Source: Nitratidesulfovibrio vulgaris str. Hildenborough (GTDB taxonomy: Bacteria > Desulfobacterota > Desulfovibrionia > Desulfovibrionales > Desulfovibrionaceae). Taken from it: a DNA stretch of 32,000 nucleotides. Shown here in pieces: positions 21,270 to 29,747 of the stretch. Location of the stretch: positions 1,620,001 through 1,652,000 of the forward strand of contig NC_002937.3 of NCBI RefSeq assembly GCF_000195755.1, in the 5' to 3' direction. The translations under genes and the position numbers were made by a program. Below the pieces are notes generated by a model. That model worked only from the letters and a program-made list of their open reading frames with translations, had not been told where the DNA came from and did no database searches. The stretch's first letter is position 1; the number at the start of each line of letters is the position of its first letter.

Positions 21270-24164
21270 TCAGCCGAGGTCGCGTAGCAGTGCCTCAGCG
21301 TCTACGGCGTCACGTTGCCATTCCGGCAGATGGTTTTCTGCGTAGGCGCGATAGACTTCTTCACGGATGAAGATGCAGAGCAATTCCCTGTCGATGTGGC
21401 CGCTTTTGGCCATGCCCACCATGATGTTCATGGCCTGTGAGAGGGTTTTTGCCTTCTTGTAGGGTCTGTCGGGTGCTGTCAGCGCCTCGAAGATGTCTGC
21501 CACTGCCATGATGCGCGCCAGAGGATGGAGCAGCTCTCCTTTGATTCTGCGCGGATATCCAGTGCCATCCATGCGTTCATGATGCCCACCGGCGATTTCC
21601 GGGACATTCTCGAGATGCGCCGGAAACGGAAGTTCGGAGAGCATCATGATGGTCTGGATGATGTGCTCGTTGATCTTGTAACGCTCCTCGCTGGTGAGCG
21701 TTCCCCACGGAATGGACAGGTTGTGCAGTTCTCCCCTGTCGTACAGCACTTCGGGGCGGGGCATGTCGAAGCCCCACCTGTCCTCCGTCTCTTGTGACAC
21801 TGCATCAGGCTTAACGACGAAGGCGCTCGAGTCACACAAGAGCTTTTCCATGACGGGAGGCAGGGGATGGTCGGGCTCTTTCCGTTCACGTTCCGCCCAT
21901 GAGATTCCCAGCGTGTCGTCGAGTGTCCTTTCCCATGTCCTTTCCGCGATGTTTCGCAAACGCTGGCGCGCCGCATCGTCTACAGGTGCCTCTCCGGTGT
22001 TGCACGCCGCGACGAAGGCGAAATCGTCATCAAGTGTGCGCAACTCGTCTTGCAGCGTTTTCTGTAGTGCCGCCCTGTCACCCTCCTCGGACACTCCTTT
22101 CCAGTAGGCGATATGCGCATCACGCTTGATGACCTCGAAGCGCGTTCTGATTTCATGGATGCGGTTGTGGATGGTTTCCAGTTTCGTCGCCTTGTCCACC
22201 ACGAATTCCGGGGTGGTGACCTTGCCGCAGTCATGCAGCCATGAGGCAAGGTACAACTCTTCCCACGACTCATTTGTCATGCCGAAGCTGGCGTAGGCAC
22301 CCTGTCGGGTGTCGCTGGCGGCTTCCGCAAGCAGGCGCGAGAGTATGGGAACCCGTGTGCAATGCCCGCCGGTGTATGGGCTTTTGGCGTCGATGGCTTG
22401 TGCCAGAAGCCGGATGAACGCCGAGAAGAGTTCCTTCTGGGTCTTGACCATGCGGTCGTTGTCCAGCGCCACCTCTACAACTCCTGAAGTGGCGCGGAGA
22501 AAGGCAAGGCGTTCCTGACTGAAAGGTACCTGGTCGATGACGAGCAATTCGCCGAGTACAGCGTCTCGCTTGTCCCGGAGGGTGACGGCTGCGAACCAGT
22601 GCTGGTGCTGCGCGTCCGTGCCGTTCAACAGTGTGCTGATATGACGATGGCAGGCGTCTTCGGGAGGAAGTCCCCCGGTGCGGATGGGAATCTTGCCTTG
22701 GGGGACGACTGTTGTCGGCGGCAGGGCTTCACTTTCGTCATGTCCAAGGCATTCACCACCGATGCCGCAGCCGGACCAGAGATGAAGCGTATGGTCCTTG
22801 TCCGGCATGTAAAGAAGAACCGCCTGGGTCGCGGTCGCCTGCTGCATTTCCTGTGTGAGAAGGGGCACCAGCCTGTCGAAATCACGAATGCGCGAGACGC
22901 TCTTCGCCAGTTGCATGAACTTGCGGATGGTATGCTGCATGTGGTCGACCGAAAGTGCGAGATCATTGATCTCGGTGACCACGGAGTGCGTGGACTCGCC
23001 AGCCGTGAAGTCGAACTTTCGTCCGCGTTCGGCTTCTCTGGCGACACATTGCAGTGGGGATGTCACTAGATGCGCTCCGTAGAAAAGGGCGGGCAGCAGC
23101 AGGATGAATCCCCCTGCCAGCAAGAGGAGCGTGTCGTTCCGGGTCGTGCGCAGCCCGGCGACAAGGGCGTCTTCAGGGACAGCCAGCACCATGGAGACGC
23201 CGTTTGCTCCCAGTTCCGGAAGGCTTTCACCTCCCGCAACCCATGCCCCGTCGTCGGTGACGATTCGCCTGAACCTCGGCGACTGGGGGGCCGTCTTCCC
23301 TGCCATGACCAACTCGTCAGCCGTAGCCTTCGAGAGAGGGCCACACGACAGGGGATGCTGCTCACTGCGTCTGGCAAGCCCTTTTGCGTCACTACAGGCA
23401 AGGATGTTCCCTGTTGCATCAATGAGGGCGATGCTCGCCTCGGGCGTCGGCTTCAGTGTGGCGAGGGCACCTATCAGTGATTCTAGGTTGATATCGGCCC
23501 CCGCGACCCCGTCCAGATTCTGAAGGCGGCGCGATAATGAAATGCCGAATTCTCCTGAGGAAGCAAAACGGTATGGCATGGTCACATGCAGAGCATCATC
23601 TTGCGTCGCCGTACCGTACCACGGTCGCTCTCTGGGGTCGAAAACAGGAGCTCTGTCTGATATGTCACTTGTTTTTATGAGATTAAGATCCTTGTCAAAG
23701 AATCTTAAAAGTCTTTTGTAATCGTGTTCTTCAATCGTTACAGTGTGAAGTATGTATGCGGTGTCGTCAGGAGCCATTTTATGGAGGTCGTCTTGCTTGT
23801 TGCTGCGAAGTATCATGAAATACTGCCCGTCATCATATCCCGTGTATATTGACGTGATGAAACGTGCGCTATCGAGTGTCTTCGTCAGAGATGTCGGAAT
23901 CGTCGTTGCATCTGTTTTTAAAAAGTAAGGTTTTTCAGAATGTATGGTTACGAGCTGCAACGTTGTGTCGGCCGGTGTGAAGAGAAGGTCGAGGCGTGCA
24001 TGGGCCTCTCCCATTGTCGGAGTGAATATGCTGTTGCGCGCTTCCGTGATGGTCTTGTCCGAGCGCATGAAATACATGCCCGTTGTGAACAAACCAGCGA
24101 GGGCAAGAATAAGAAAGCCAGCTGCTACGATGAGATGTTGCAGGCGGAATGAAGGTCGTGACAT
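21270..24164 (-). CDS. Membrane sensor HD-GYP phosphodiesterase (periplasmic Cache-like domain, HAMP, GAF, HD-GYP); probable c-di-GMP hydrolase
   Basis: 964 aa. TM1 LIVAAGFLILALAGLF, a ~300-aa extracytoplasmic domain, then TM2 LLLLAGGFILLLPALFYGA. HD-GYP signature WLHDCGKVTTP ... GGHHERMDGTGYPRR ... ADIFEALTAPDRPYKK. Confidence 0.88.
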   Translation of the reverse strand: MSRPSFRLQHLIVAAGFLILALAGLFTTGMYFMRSDKTITEARNSIFTPTMGEAHARLDLLFTPADTTLQLVTIHSEKPYFLKTDATTIPTSLTKTLDSARFITSIYTGYDDGQYFMILRSNKQDDLHKMAPDDTAYILHTVTIEEHDYKRLLRFFDKDLNLIKTSDISDRAPVFDPRERPWYGTATQDDALHVTMPYRFASSGEFGISLSRRLQNLDGVAGADINLESLIGALATLKPTPEASIALIDATGNILACSDAKGLARRSEQHPLSCGPLSKATADELVMAGKTAPQSPRFRRIVTDDGAWVAGGESLPELGANGVSMVLAVPEDALVAGLRTTRNDTLLLLAGGFILLLPALFYGAHLVTSPLQCVAREAERGRKFDFTAGESTHSVVTEINDLALSVDHMQHTIRKFMQLAKSVSRIRDFDRLVPLLTQEMQQATATQAVLLYMPDKDHTLHLWSGCGIGGECLGHDESEALPPTTVVPQGKIPIRTGGLPPEDACHRHISTLLNGTDAQHQHWFAAVTLRDKRDAVLGELLVIDQVPFSQERLAFLRATSGVVEVALDNDRMVKTQKELFSAFIRLLAQAIDAKSPYTGGHCTRVPILSRLLAEAASDTRQGAYASFGMTNESWEELYLASWLHDCGKVTTPEFVVDKATKLETIHNRIHEIRTRFEVIKRDAHIAYWKGVSEEGDRAALQKTLQDELRTLDDDFAFVAACNTGEAPVDDAARQRLRNIAERTWERTLDDTLGISWAERERKEPDHPLPPVMEKLLCDSSAFVVKPDAVSQETEDRWGFDMPRPEVLYDRGELHNLSIPWGTLTSEERYKINEHIIQTIMMLSELPFPAHLENVPEIAGGHHERMDGTGYPRRIKGELLHPLARIMAVADIFEALTAPDRPYKKAKTLSQAMNIMVGMAKSGHIDRELLCIFIREEVYRAYAENHLPEWQRDAVDAEALLRDLG

Positions 24165-24418
24165 GTGGCAGACTCCGACTTGGAGATACAGCTTCCATGT
24201 AACAGGCTTTGGGAAATGATGATACCATTTGATAGCGGGGGCCTCGCCATGGCGCAGACACGTCTGGATTCATGGCGTCTTGGCTTGACGTTGTTTCTTC
24301 ACGTTGCCCATGGCAGGCTCAAAGGTGTATTCTGTGACGGACATGCGTAACCAACAGCTGGTGTGAGTCTTTGTAACGACGACAGCCGAGACCTTGGACA
24401 AGGCATGGAGGGTGCAGA

Positions 24419-27400
24419 ATGGTCAACCTTTCGCTCGGGCGTTTCAGCTGGCGTGGCCAGCGCCGCGAAGCCTGCCGCGGGTTGACCTTCATTCTGCGAT
24501 GTCATCTCCTTCTCTTGTTCCTTGCGTTGTCGATGGCGGGTGCAGCGTGGGGCGCAAGCCCCAGAGTGCTGCTACTGAGTTCGTATGGTCCTGCTTTTCC
24601 GACTTTCTTCCAGCAGGTTGAGGGCGTCCGTGCTGTGCTTGCGTCTGCGGGCGTGGTCCTCGATGTCGAGTTCATGGACAGCAAGCGGTTCACCGATGAA
24701 TCCAGCGTCGATCATTTTGAAAGCTATCTCAGGTACAAGCTTGCAAGGCTTCCTGCGTATGACGTGGTCATCACGTCTGACGATAATGCCCTTGCCTTCG
24801 TCATGGAGCGTCATGGCGGATTACTGGGCAAGAGTCCGGTGGTCTTCTGCGGTGTCAACAACGTGGGGCTTGCACGCTCATTGTCGGGAAGCGAGACCTA
24901 CACCGGAGTCATCGAAGCCGTTTCGATGCATGAGACCATCAAGCTTGTCTGGAGTCTGAAGCCCTCTACGCAGACCCTCTATGTCATCTCGGATGTCATG
25001 CCCGCAGGTAAGGCCGACCTCGAAACATTTCATGACGTGGTGCGAGGGATTGCTTCCGTTCGCTATCAGGAGTTGTCCCTTGAAAACATGGGGTGGGAAG
25101 AGTTGGGAAGACGCTTGCAACGTGTCGGTGCCAACGATGCCATACTTCTTCTGTCCGCCTATAAGGACCAGCGGGGCGTAGTTCGGAATTTCGAGGAAGG
25201 GCTAGCCTTCATTCTGCAAAACACACGTTCCCCGGTATATCATCTTTGGGAACATGGCATGGGCAAGGGGCTGCTTGGGGGAAAGCTCATCTCTCACTAT
25301 GAACAGGGCCGTCTTGCGGCAGATATGGCCCTGAAGATTCTCGCAGGTGCCTCCCCAGCCTCACTGCCTGTGATCGAGGGAAACGATGCCAATGCCTACC
25401 TCTTTGACTATGAGGTGTTGCGACGACATGGCATCTCGACGCATCGCATACCTCAGGGTAGCAGGGTCATCAATGAACCTGAATCGATATGGCGAGACTA
25501 CTGGCGCGAGTTGCTTGTTGCGGTTGCGTTCGTTGCTGTTCTCTGCGTGCTTGTTGTCGTTCTTCTTAAACACGTGCTGCGCCTGCGTGAGGCAAGGACG
25601 GAAATCAAAAGGAGTGAAACACGCTACAGACTCGTCTTCGACCAGTCTCCGCTTGGGCTGGTGCAGTATGATGGAGACGGCATCATCATAGATGTCAATG
25701 AAAGGTTTGCCGAACTCTGCGGCGCATCAAGGGGTCAGATCATAGGTTTCAACTATATCAATCAGATGCATGATGCGCGAATGCTAGGTGCCGTACTCGC
25801 CTCGTTGCGTGGCGGGATTGGCGGTTTCGAGGGCGTCTACACGTCGCCGCTGGGGAAGAAGACGGCATTCATCCGTTGCCTGTTCAAAGGTGTGAAGGCA
25901 CCGGCGGGAGACGTCTTCATCGGTATCGGCATCATCGAGGATGTCTCTGACCGCAAACAGGCCGAAGAGGCGTTGCGCGAGAGGGAACTGTTTCTTCTCG
26001 AGACGCAGCGCATCGCCAAGATAGGGGGCTGGAAGGCCAACATCAGGACGGACTATCTCTTCTGGTCGGAGGAAGTGAACCGTATCCTCGATTTACCCGA
26101 AGACTACAAGCCGGGGCTTGCTGAATGGCTCACCTCCTTTATGCCGGAGTATCTGCCCCGGATACGTGCCATGCTTGAAGATGTACTCCATCATGGCGGC
26201 ACCGCCGATATCGAGTGTGAAGCCATGACAAGGCTCGGGCGGCGTAAGTGGACGCACCTTCGGGCGGTGGGGCGTGTGGATGAAGGGAGCGGGGCCTTGG
26301 TCGTCGGTACGTTTCAGGATGTGGACGAAAGGAAGCGTACCGAACTCGAGCTCGTCGAGGCAAAGACGAAGGCGGTTGCCGCTAATCGCGCGAAGGATGA
26401 GTTCCTGGCTAACATGAGCCATGAAATCAGGACACCGCTGAACGGTATATTCGGAATGCTCAGGATGCTTGCGGACGCGTCACTGGCTCCTCGTCAGCAG
26501 GAACTAGCAGAGATGGCGATGCGCTCGTGCCGCAGGCTGGCGGACCTGCTTACCGATGTCCTTGATATTTCCCGGATCGACGCGGGAAAGCTTGAGATTG
26601 TCAGCATTCCATTTGATTTGTCGCGTTCCATACGGCAGGTGAGAGAGCTCTTCATACCTTCAGCCATGCAGGCGGGAGTGAGTCTGCATGTCCATATCGA
26701 TGCAGCCATCCCGTCCCGCGTGGTCGGAGATGCCTCACGATTGCAGCAGGTGCTCACAAACCTTCTTGGCAATGCCTTCAAGTTCACGGAGAAGGGCAGC
26801 GTCACCCTGCGTGCCGAACATCTTTCGCCAGTTCTGGCGAATAGTTGCAGAGTGCTTTTCTCTGTTGAAGATACAGGATGCGGGATCCCTGACGAGAAGC
26901 ATGGCAAGTTGTTCACGCCTTTCACGCAGGCGTGCGAGGGGTTCAAGAGGTCGCATCAGGGGGCGGGGTTGGGGCTTTCAATCTGTCGGCGTATCATCCG
27001 GGTCATGGGGGGGCATCTAGCCTTCGAGAGTGAGGCTGGCACGGGGACGACAGTCTATTTCACGCTCAACTTCGGGCTTCCGGATGGCGATGAAGTACAG
27101 CCTGAAGCTGCCGCGGCGTCCTCCGCTGAACCGATACCCCCTTTGCGTGTTCTCGTCACAGAGGATGACGCTGTGACGCGCCGCTACATCACGTATCAAC
27201 TGGACAGGGATGGACACACGGTTGCCGTCGCCGAGGATGGAAGGCAGGCGTTGGAACAGCTTTCCACAGGAGATTTCGACATGGTGCTGATGGATATCCA
27301 GATGCCAGTCATGGACGGGGCAGAGGCTATCCTGCGAATCAGAAAAGGAGAAGCCGGTTCACGCAATACTGACATTCCGGTCATCGCACTGACTGCATAC

Positions 27401-27538
27401 GCCCTCAGTGGCGACCGTGAGAGGCTTCTGCAAATAGGGGCCGACGATTATGTGGCAAAACCTGCAGAGGTCGCACAGCTTCATGCCGCCATAGCACGGC
27501 ATGTCTCGCGCATGCAGTTGCGCCGTGCTGATGCGTAG
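24419..27538 (+). CDS. Hybrid sensor histidine kinase / response regulator with periplasmic substrate-binding-protein-like domain and PAS domains
   Basis: 1039 aa. Signal/TM segment, periplasmic ABC-substrate-binding-like region and a TM segment (LLVAVAFVAVLCVLVVVLL). PAS blocks are followed by HisKA (FLANMSHEIRTPLNG), HATPase (GNAFKFT...DTGCGI...GAGLGLSI) and a receiver domain (VLVTEDD...DMVLMDIQMPVMDG...KP). RBS GGAGG 7 nt upstream. Confidence 0.9.
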   Translation: MVNLSLGRFSWRGQRREACRGLTFILRCHLLLLFLALSMAGAAWGASPRVLLLSSYGPAFPTFFQQVEGVRAVLASAGVVLDVEFMDSKRFTDESSVDHFESYLRYKLARLPAYDVVITSDDNALAFVMERHGGLLGKSPVVFCGVNNVGLARSLSGSETYTGVIEAVSMHETIKLVWSLKPSTQTLYVISDVMPAGKADLETFHDVVRGIASVRYQELSLENMGWEELGRRLQRVGANDAILLLSAYKDQRGVVRNFEEGLAFILQNTRSPVYHLWEHGMGKGLLGGKLISHYEQGRLAADMALKILAGASPASLPVIEGNDANAYLFDYEVLRRHGISTHRIPQGSRVINEPESIWRDYWRELLVAVAFVAVLCVLVVVLLKHVLRLREARTEIKRSETRYRLVFDQSPLGLVQYDGDGIIIDVNERFAELCGASRGQIIGFNYINQMHDARMLGAVLASLRGGIGGFEGVYTSPLGKKTAFIRCLFKGVKAPAGDVFIGIGIIEDVSDRKQAEEALRERELFLLETQRIAKIGGWKANIRTDYLFWSEEVNRILDLPEDYKPGLAEWLTSFMPEYLPRIRAMLEDVLHHGGTADIECEAMTRLGRRKWTHLRAVGRVDEGSGALVVGTFQDVDERKRTELELVEAKTKAVAANRAKDEFLANMSHEIRTPLNGIFGMLRMLADASLAPRQQELAEMAMRSCRRLADLLTDVLDISRIDAGKLEIVSIPFDLSRSIRQVRELFIPSAMQAGVSLHVHIDAAIPSRVVGDASRLQQVLTNLLGNAFKFTEKGSVTLRAEHLSPVLANSCRVLFSVEDTGCGIPDEKHGKLFTPFTQACEGFKRSHQGAGLGLSICRRIIRVMGGHLAFESEAGTGTTVYFTLNFGLPDGDEVQPEAAAASSAEPIPPLRVLVTEDDAVTRRYITYQLDRDGHTVAVAEDGRQALEQLSTGDFDMVLMDIQMPVMDGAEAILRIRKGEAGSRNTDIPVIALTAYALSGDRERLLQIGADDYVAKPAEVAQLHAAIARHVSRMQLRRADA

Positions 27539-27758
27539 TGGTATATCGTTAGATGCCGAACGCCATGTCTTGTCGTGGTTATGCCTTCAGTATGGCCTTA
27601 TGATATATCGATTTGATATTTCAGTTTGCATTGCCTTCTGATGGAACAGGTCGAAGTAGCCGTCGATGGATGACCGACTGGGAGAAGGGAACATATGGCT
27701 CTCCATATGATCTGAATCCCTTCCCGAAACGCCTTCAAGGAAAGGATGCAGCAGCAAG

Positions 27759-28106
27759 ATGCTTTTTGCAGTGGCAGCACAGGGCCCCATGCCTGATTGT
27801 CTCGTTGAACCCGTTTTCGGCAGGGCCGACTGGTTCATTCTCGTGGCGGAAGACGGTCATATCTCCGGGGCGTTCCGAAATCCTCACCGGGACGACAGGG
27901 AAGCCGCAGGGCAACGCCTTGTGGCATTGCTGGCGGCCCATGGTGTGACACATGTCCTTTGCGGTGAGTGCGGTTCGAAGGCGCGCATCGTACTGGCTGA
28001 TGCCGGTATGACTCTTGCCGTCGGAGTCGGAGGAACAGTGCGGGATGCCATACTGCGACAGGGGGTCGTTGTGGCTGGCGGGCAAGTCGGTGCCTTCTCG
28101 GGCTGA
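27759..28106 (+). CDS. NifB/NifX-family (dinitrogenase FeMo-cofactor-binding fold) small protein
   Basis: 115 aa: FGRADWFILVAEDG...NPHRDDREAAGQRLVALLAAHGVTHVLCGECGSKARIVLADAGMTL is the typical NifX_NifB-like pattern. RBS AAGGAAAGG. Confidence 0.7.
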   Translation: MLFAVAAQGPMPDCLVEPVFGRADWFILVAEDGHISGAFRNPHRDDREAAGQRLVALLAAHGVTHVLCGECGSKARIVLADAGMTLAVGVGGTVRDAILRQGVVVAGGQVGAFSG

Positions 28107-28188
28107 CAGCTGCGGCTGGCTGGGGGCATCAGGGACGCATACCCACGATGGCTCGTTATCGTTGAAAAAAAGCCCATCAACGACAAGA

Positions 28189-28218
28189 CCCCCCGGTTTT
28201 CACCGGGGGGTTTGCTTT
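28189..28218. terminator. Bidirectional-looking rho-independent terminator between the NifX-like gene and the tRNA cluster
   Basis: CCCCCCGG (28189-28196) pairs with CCGGGGGG (28203-28210) around a 6-nt loop. On the plus strand it is followed by TTTGCTTT. An A7 run upstream (28165-28171) supplies a U-tract for the minus-strand tRNA transcript. Confidence 0.6.
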
Positions 28219-28220
28219 CG

Positions 28221-28297
28221 TGGCGCGCTGGGAAGGATTCGAACCTCCGACCTACAGGTTCGTAGCCTGTTGCTCTATCCAACTGAGCTACCAGCGC
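28221..28297 (-). tRNA. tRNA-Arg (anticodon ACG), copy 1, CCA encoded
   Basis: The reverse complement is GCGCTGGTAGCTCAGTTGGATAGAGCAACAGGCTACGAACCTGTAGGTCGGAGGTTCGAATCCTTCCCAGCGCGCCA. It folds as a cloverleaf with acceptor GCGCTGG/CCAGCGC, anticodon arm ACAGG-CTACGAA-CCTGT and a TPsiC loop TTCGAAT. Confidence 0.93.
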
Positions 28298-28316
28298 ATG
28301 CACGCCATTCGCCTTG

Positions 28317-28393
28317 TGGCGCGCCGGGAAGGATTCGAACCTCCGACCTACAGGTTCGTAGCCTGTTGCTCTATCCAGCTGGGCTACCGGCGC
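28317..28393 (-). tRNA. tRNA-Arg (anticodon ACG), copy 2, CCA encoded
   Basis: Same 77-nt structure. It differs from copy 1 in the acceptor stem (GCGCCGG/CCGGCGC) and the D-arm (TAGCCCAGCTGGATAGAGCA). Confidence 0.93.
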
Positions 28394-28425
28394 GTGTCGT
28401 ATAACTGTGGCGAATGCCCTTTCAA

Positions 28426-28502
28426 TGGTGCGCCGGGAAGGATTCGAACCTCCGACCTACAGGTTCGTAGCCTGTTGCTCTATCCAACTGAGCTACCGGC
28501 GC
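28426..28502 (-). tRNA. tRNA-Arg (anticodon ACG), copy 3, CCA encoded
   Basis: Same 77-nt structure. Acceptor GCGCCGG/CCGGCGC, with discriminator A instead of G. Confidence 0.93.
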
Positions 28503-28512
28503 AGCGAGAAGC

Positions 28513-28541
28513 GGTATAGGTTGAGTCGCCCCTTCCGTCAA
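28513..28541 (-). promoter_or_regulatory. Candidate sigma70 promoter of the tRNA-Arg cluster
   Basis: Minus strand reads TTGACG-17 nt-TATACC (plus strand ggtata 28513-28518, cgtcaa 28536-28541). The -10 element ends 10 nt before the first mature tRNA 5' end (28502). An A/T-rich stretch (gagaattttc) lies immediately upstream. Confidence 0.45.
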
Positions 28542-28549
28542 GAAAATTC

Positions 28550-28987
28550 TCAAGGTATTTTCAGGAAAACAGCATCCTCGACATCCCGCAGCCACTGAAA
28601 CCCTTGGGGCTGTATGGCTACTGGTGTGGTGTCTTCCTGGCTGGCAAACGGGATGAGGTGGGGCAGGCGGCGCAAGAGCATACCATGTGCCCTCTGCTTG
28701 TCGCCATCTTCCCGAAAGGGCACATGCACTCCATGAACAGTCAGGGCCTGTGTTCCTTCATGAGGGTTCTCCGCATGGCGGATTCTGTCGTCCACCAGCA
28801 GGGAAACGCGAGGGTCGGAACACATGTTGCCGTATTTCAGCGACCCCTTGCGCAGCATGAGGTAGATGCGTAATTGCTCCTCGTCCCACACATACCCCAT
28901 GAGCGAAGTATGTGGCCCTTTGGGGCCTGTCGTGGCAAGCACGCACATGTCGTGGGCTGCCAGTATGTTCATGACGGTATCCAGCAT
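28550..28987 (-). CDS. Pyridoxamine 5'-phosphate oxidase family (FMN-binding split-barrel) protein
   Basis: 145 aa from MLDTVMNILAAHDMCVLATTGPKGPHTSLMGYVWDEEQLRIYLMLRKGSLKYGNMCSDPRVSLLVDDR. RBS GAGGGAGAAG. The longer track ORF (to 29323) extends over the divergent neighbouring gene with non-protein-like sequence. Confidence 0.75.
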   Translation of the reverse strand: MLDTVMNILAAHDMCVLATTGPKGPHTSLMGYVWDEEQLRIYLMLRKGSLKYGNMCSDPRVSLLVDDRIRHAENPHEGTQALTVHGVHVPFREDGDKQRAHGMLLRRLPHLIPFASQEDTTPVAIQPQGFQWLRDVEDAVFLKIP

Positions 28988-29063
28988 GGCTTCTCCCTCT
29001 GGTCGAGTCTGGCAGGTCGGGGGATGCGGTGCAAGACGTTTCATCAGATTGAGGAGACCATCT

Positions 29064-29738
29064 GTGGAAGGACTCGAGTTGAAGGTCGCACGGGCGAGGC
29101 GAGTGTTGCTGGAGGTGGCCCACACGTGGAAGCCGCAGGATGTCGCTGTGGCGTGGACTGGTGGAAAAGACTCCACGGTCGCCCTCAGTCTCTGGCAGCG
29201 TGTCCTTGATGAGGCGCATCCCGGTATGCGTGCGAAGGCATTGAGCCTCGATACGGGCTGCAAATTCCCGGAGGTGGTGGCCTTTCGTGACAGGATGGCA
29301 CAGGAGTGGAGCATCGACCTCACGGTCGTGCGCCCTGATGTCGGCCCGGACTACCCGGTGGCTGTCGACCGTGTCGCCTGTTGTCGCGACCTCAAGGTCG
29401 AACCGTTGTTGAGGGCCTTGAAAGAGAGAGAAATAGCGGTGCTTCTGACGGGCGTGCGTGCGGACGAAAACCCTGAACGTGCGTCGCGTCCGCAGACGGA
29501 GACGTTCGATGCGCCATCGCATGTGCGCGTACACCCCGTCCTTGAATTCAGCGAGATGGATATCTGGGCCTATACGATGGCACAGGGTCTTCCGTACTGT
29601 ACCCTCTACGCACAGGGGTATCGTTCGCTGGGGTGTGTACCCTGCACCTCGCTGGTGGTGGGGGGCGATGAACGGGCGGGGCGGGACGCCACCAAGGAGG
29701 CGTCGATGGATGCCCTGCACGCCCTCGGCTATTTTTAG
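29064..29738 (+). CDS. PAPS/APS reductase-family PP-loop protein with FeS-type Cys motifs but no C-terminal catalytic Cys motif
   Basis: PP-loop AVAWTGGKDST. CC pair VACCRDLKVEPL and CxxC in YRSLGCVPCTS. It ends ERAGRDATKEASMDALHALGYF, where reductases carry GRW...K-ECGLH. Start proposed at GTG 29064 (GAGGAG 29051-29056, 7-nt spacer). ATG 28986 is the in-frame alternative. Confidence 0.75.
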   Translation: MEGLELKVARARRVLLEVAHTWKPQDVAVAWTGGKDSTVALSLWQRVLDEAHPGMRAKALSLDTGCKFPEVVAFRDRMAQEWSIDLTVVRPDVGPDYPVAVDRVACCRDLKVEPLLRALKEREIAVLLTGVRADENPERASRPQTETFDAPSHVRVHPVLEFSEMDIWAYTMAQGLPYCTLYAQGYRSLGCVPCTSLVVGGDERAGRDATKEASMDALHALGYF

Positions 29739-29747
29739 CGTGAGGCC

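Noticed and set aside
28220-28519. 99-aa plus-strand ORF with an internally repeated peptide (EGFEPPTYRFVACCSIQL, three times)
   Set aside because: The peptide repeat is simply the antisense translation of three tandem tRNA-Arg genes.
28988-29323. N-terminal extension of the PNPOx-like ORF, and the 320-aa minus-strand ORF 28758-29720
   Set aside because: Both overlap the PP-loop protein gene on the opposite strand and lack motifs. The PNPOx fold begins at the internal Met (28987), which has its own RBS.
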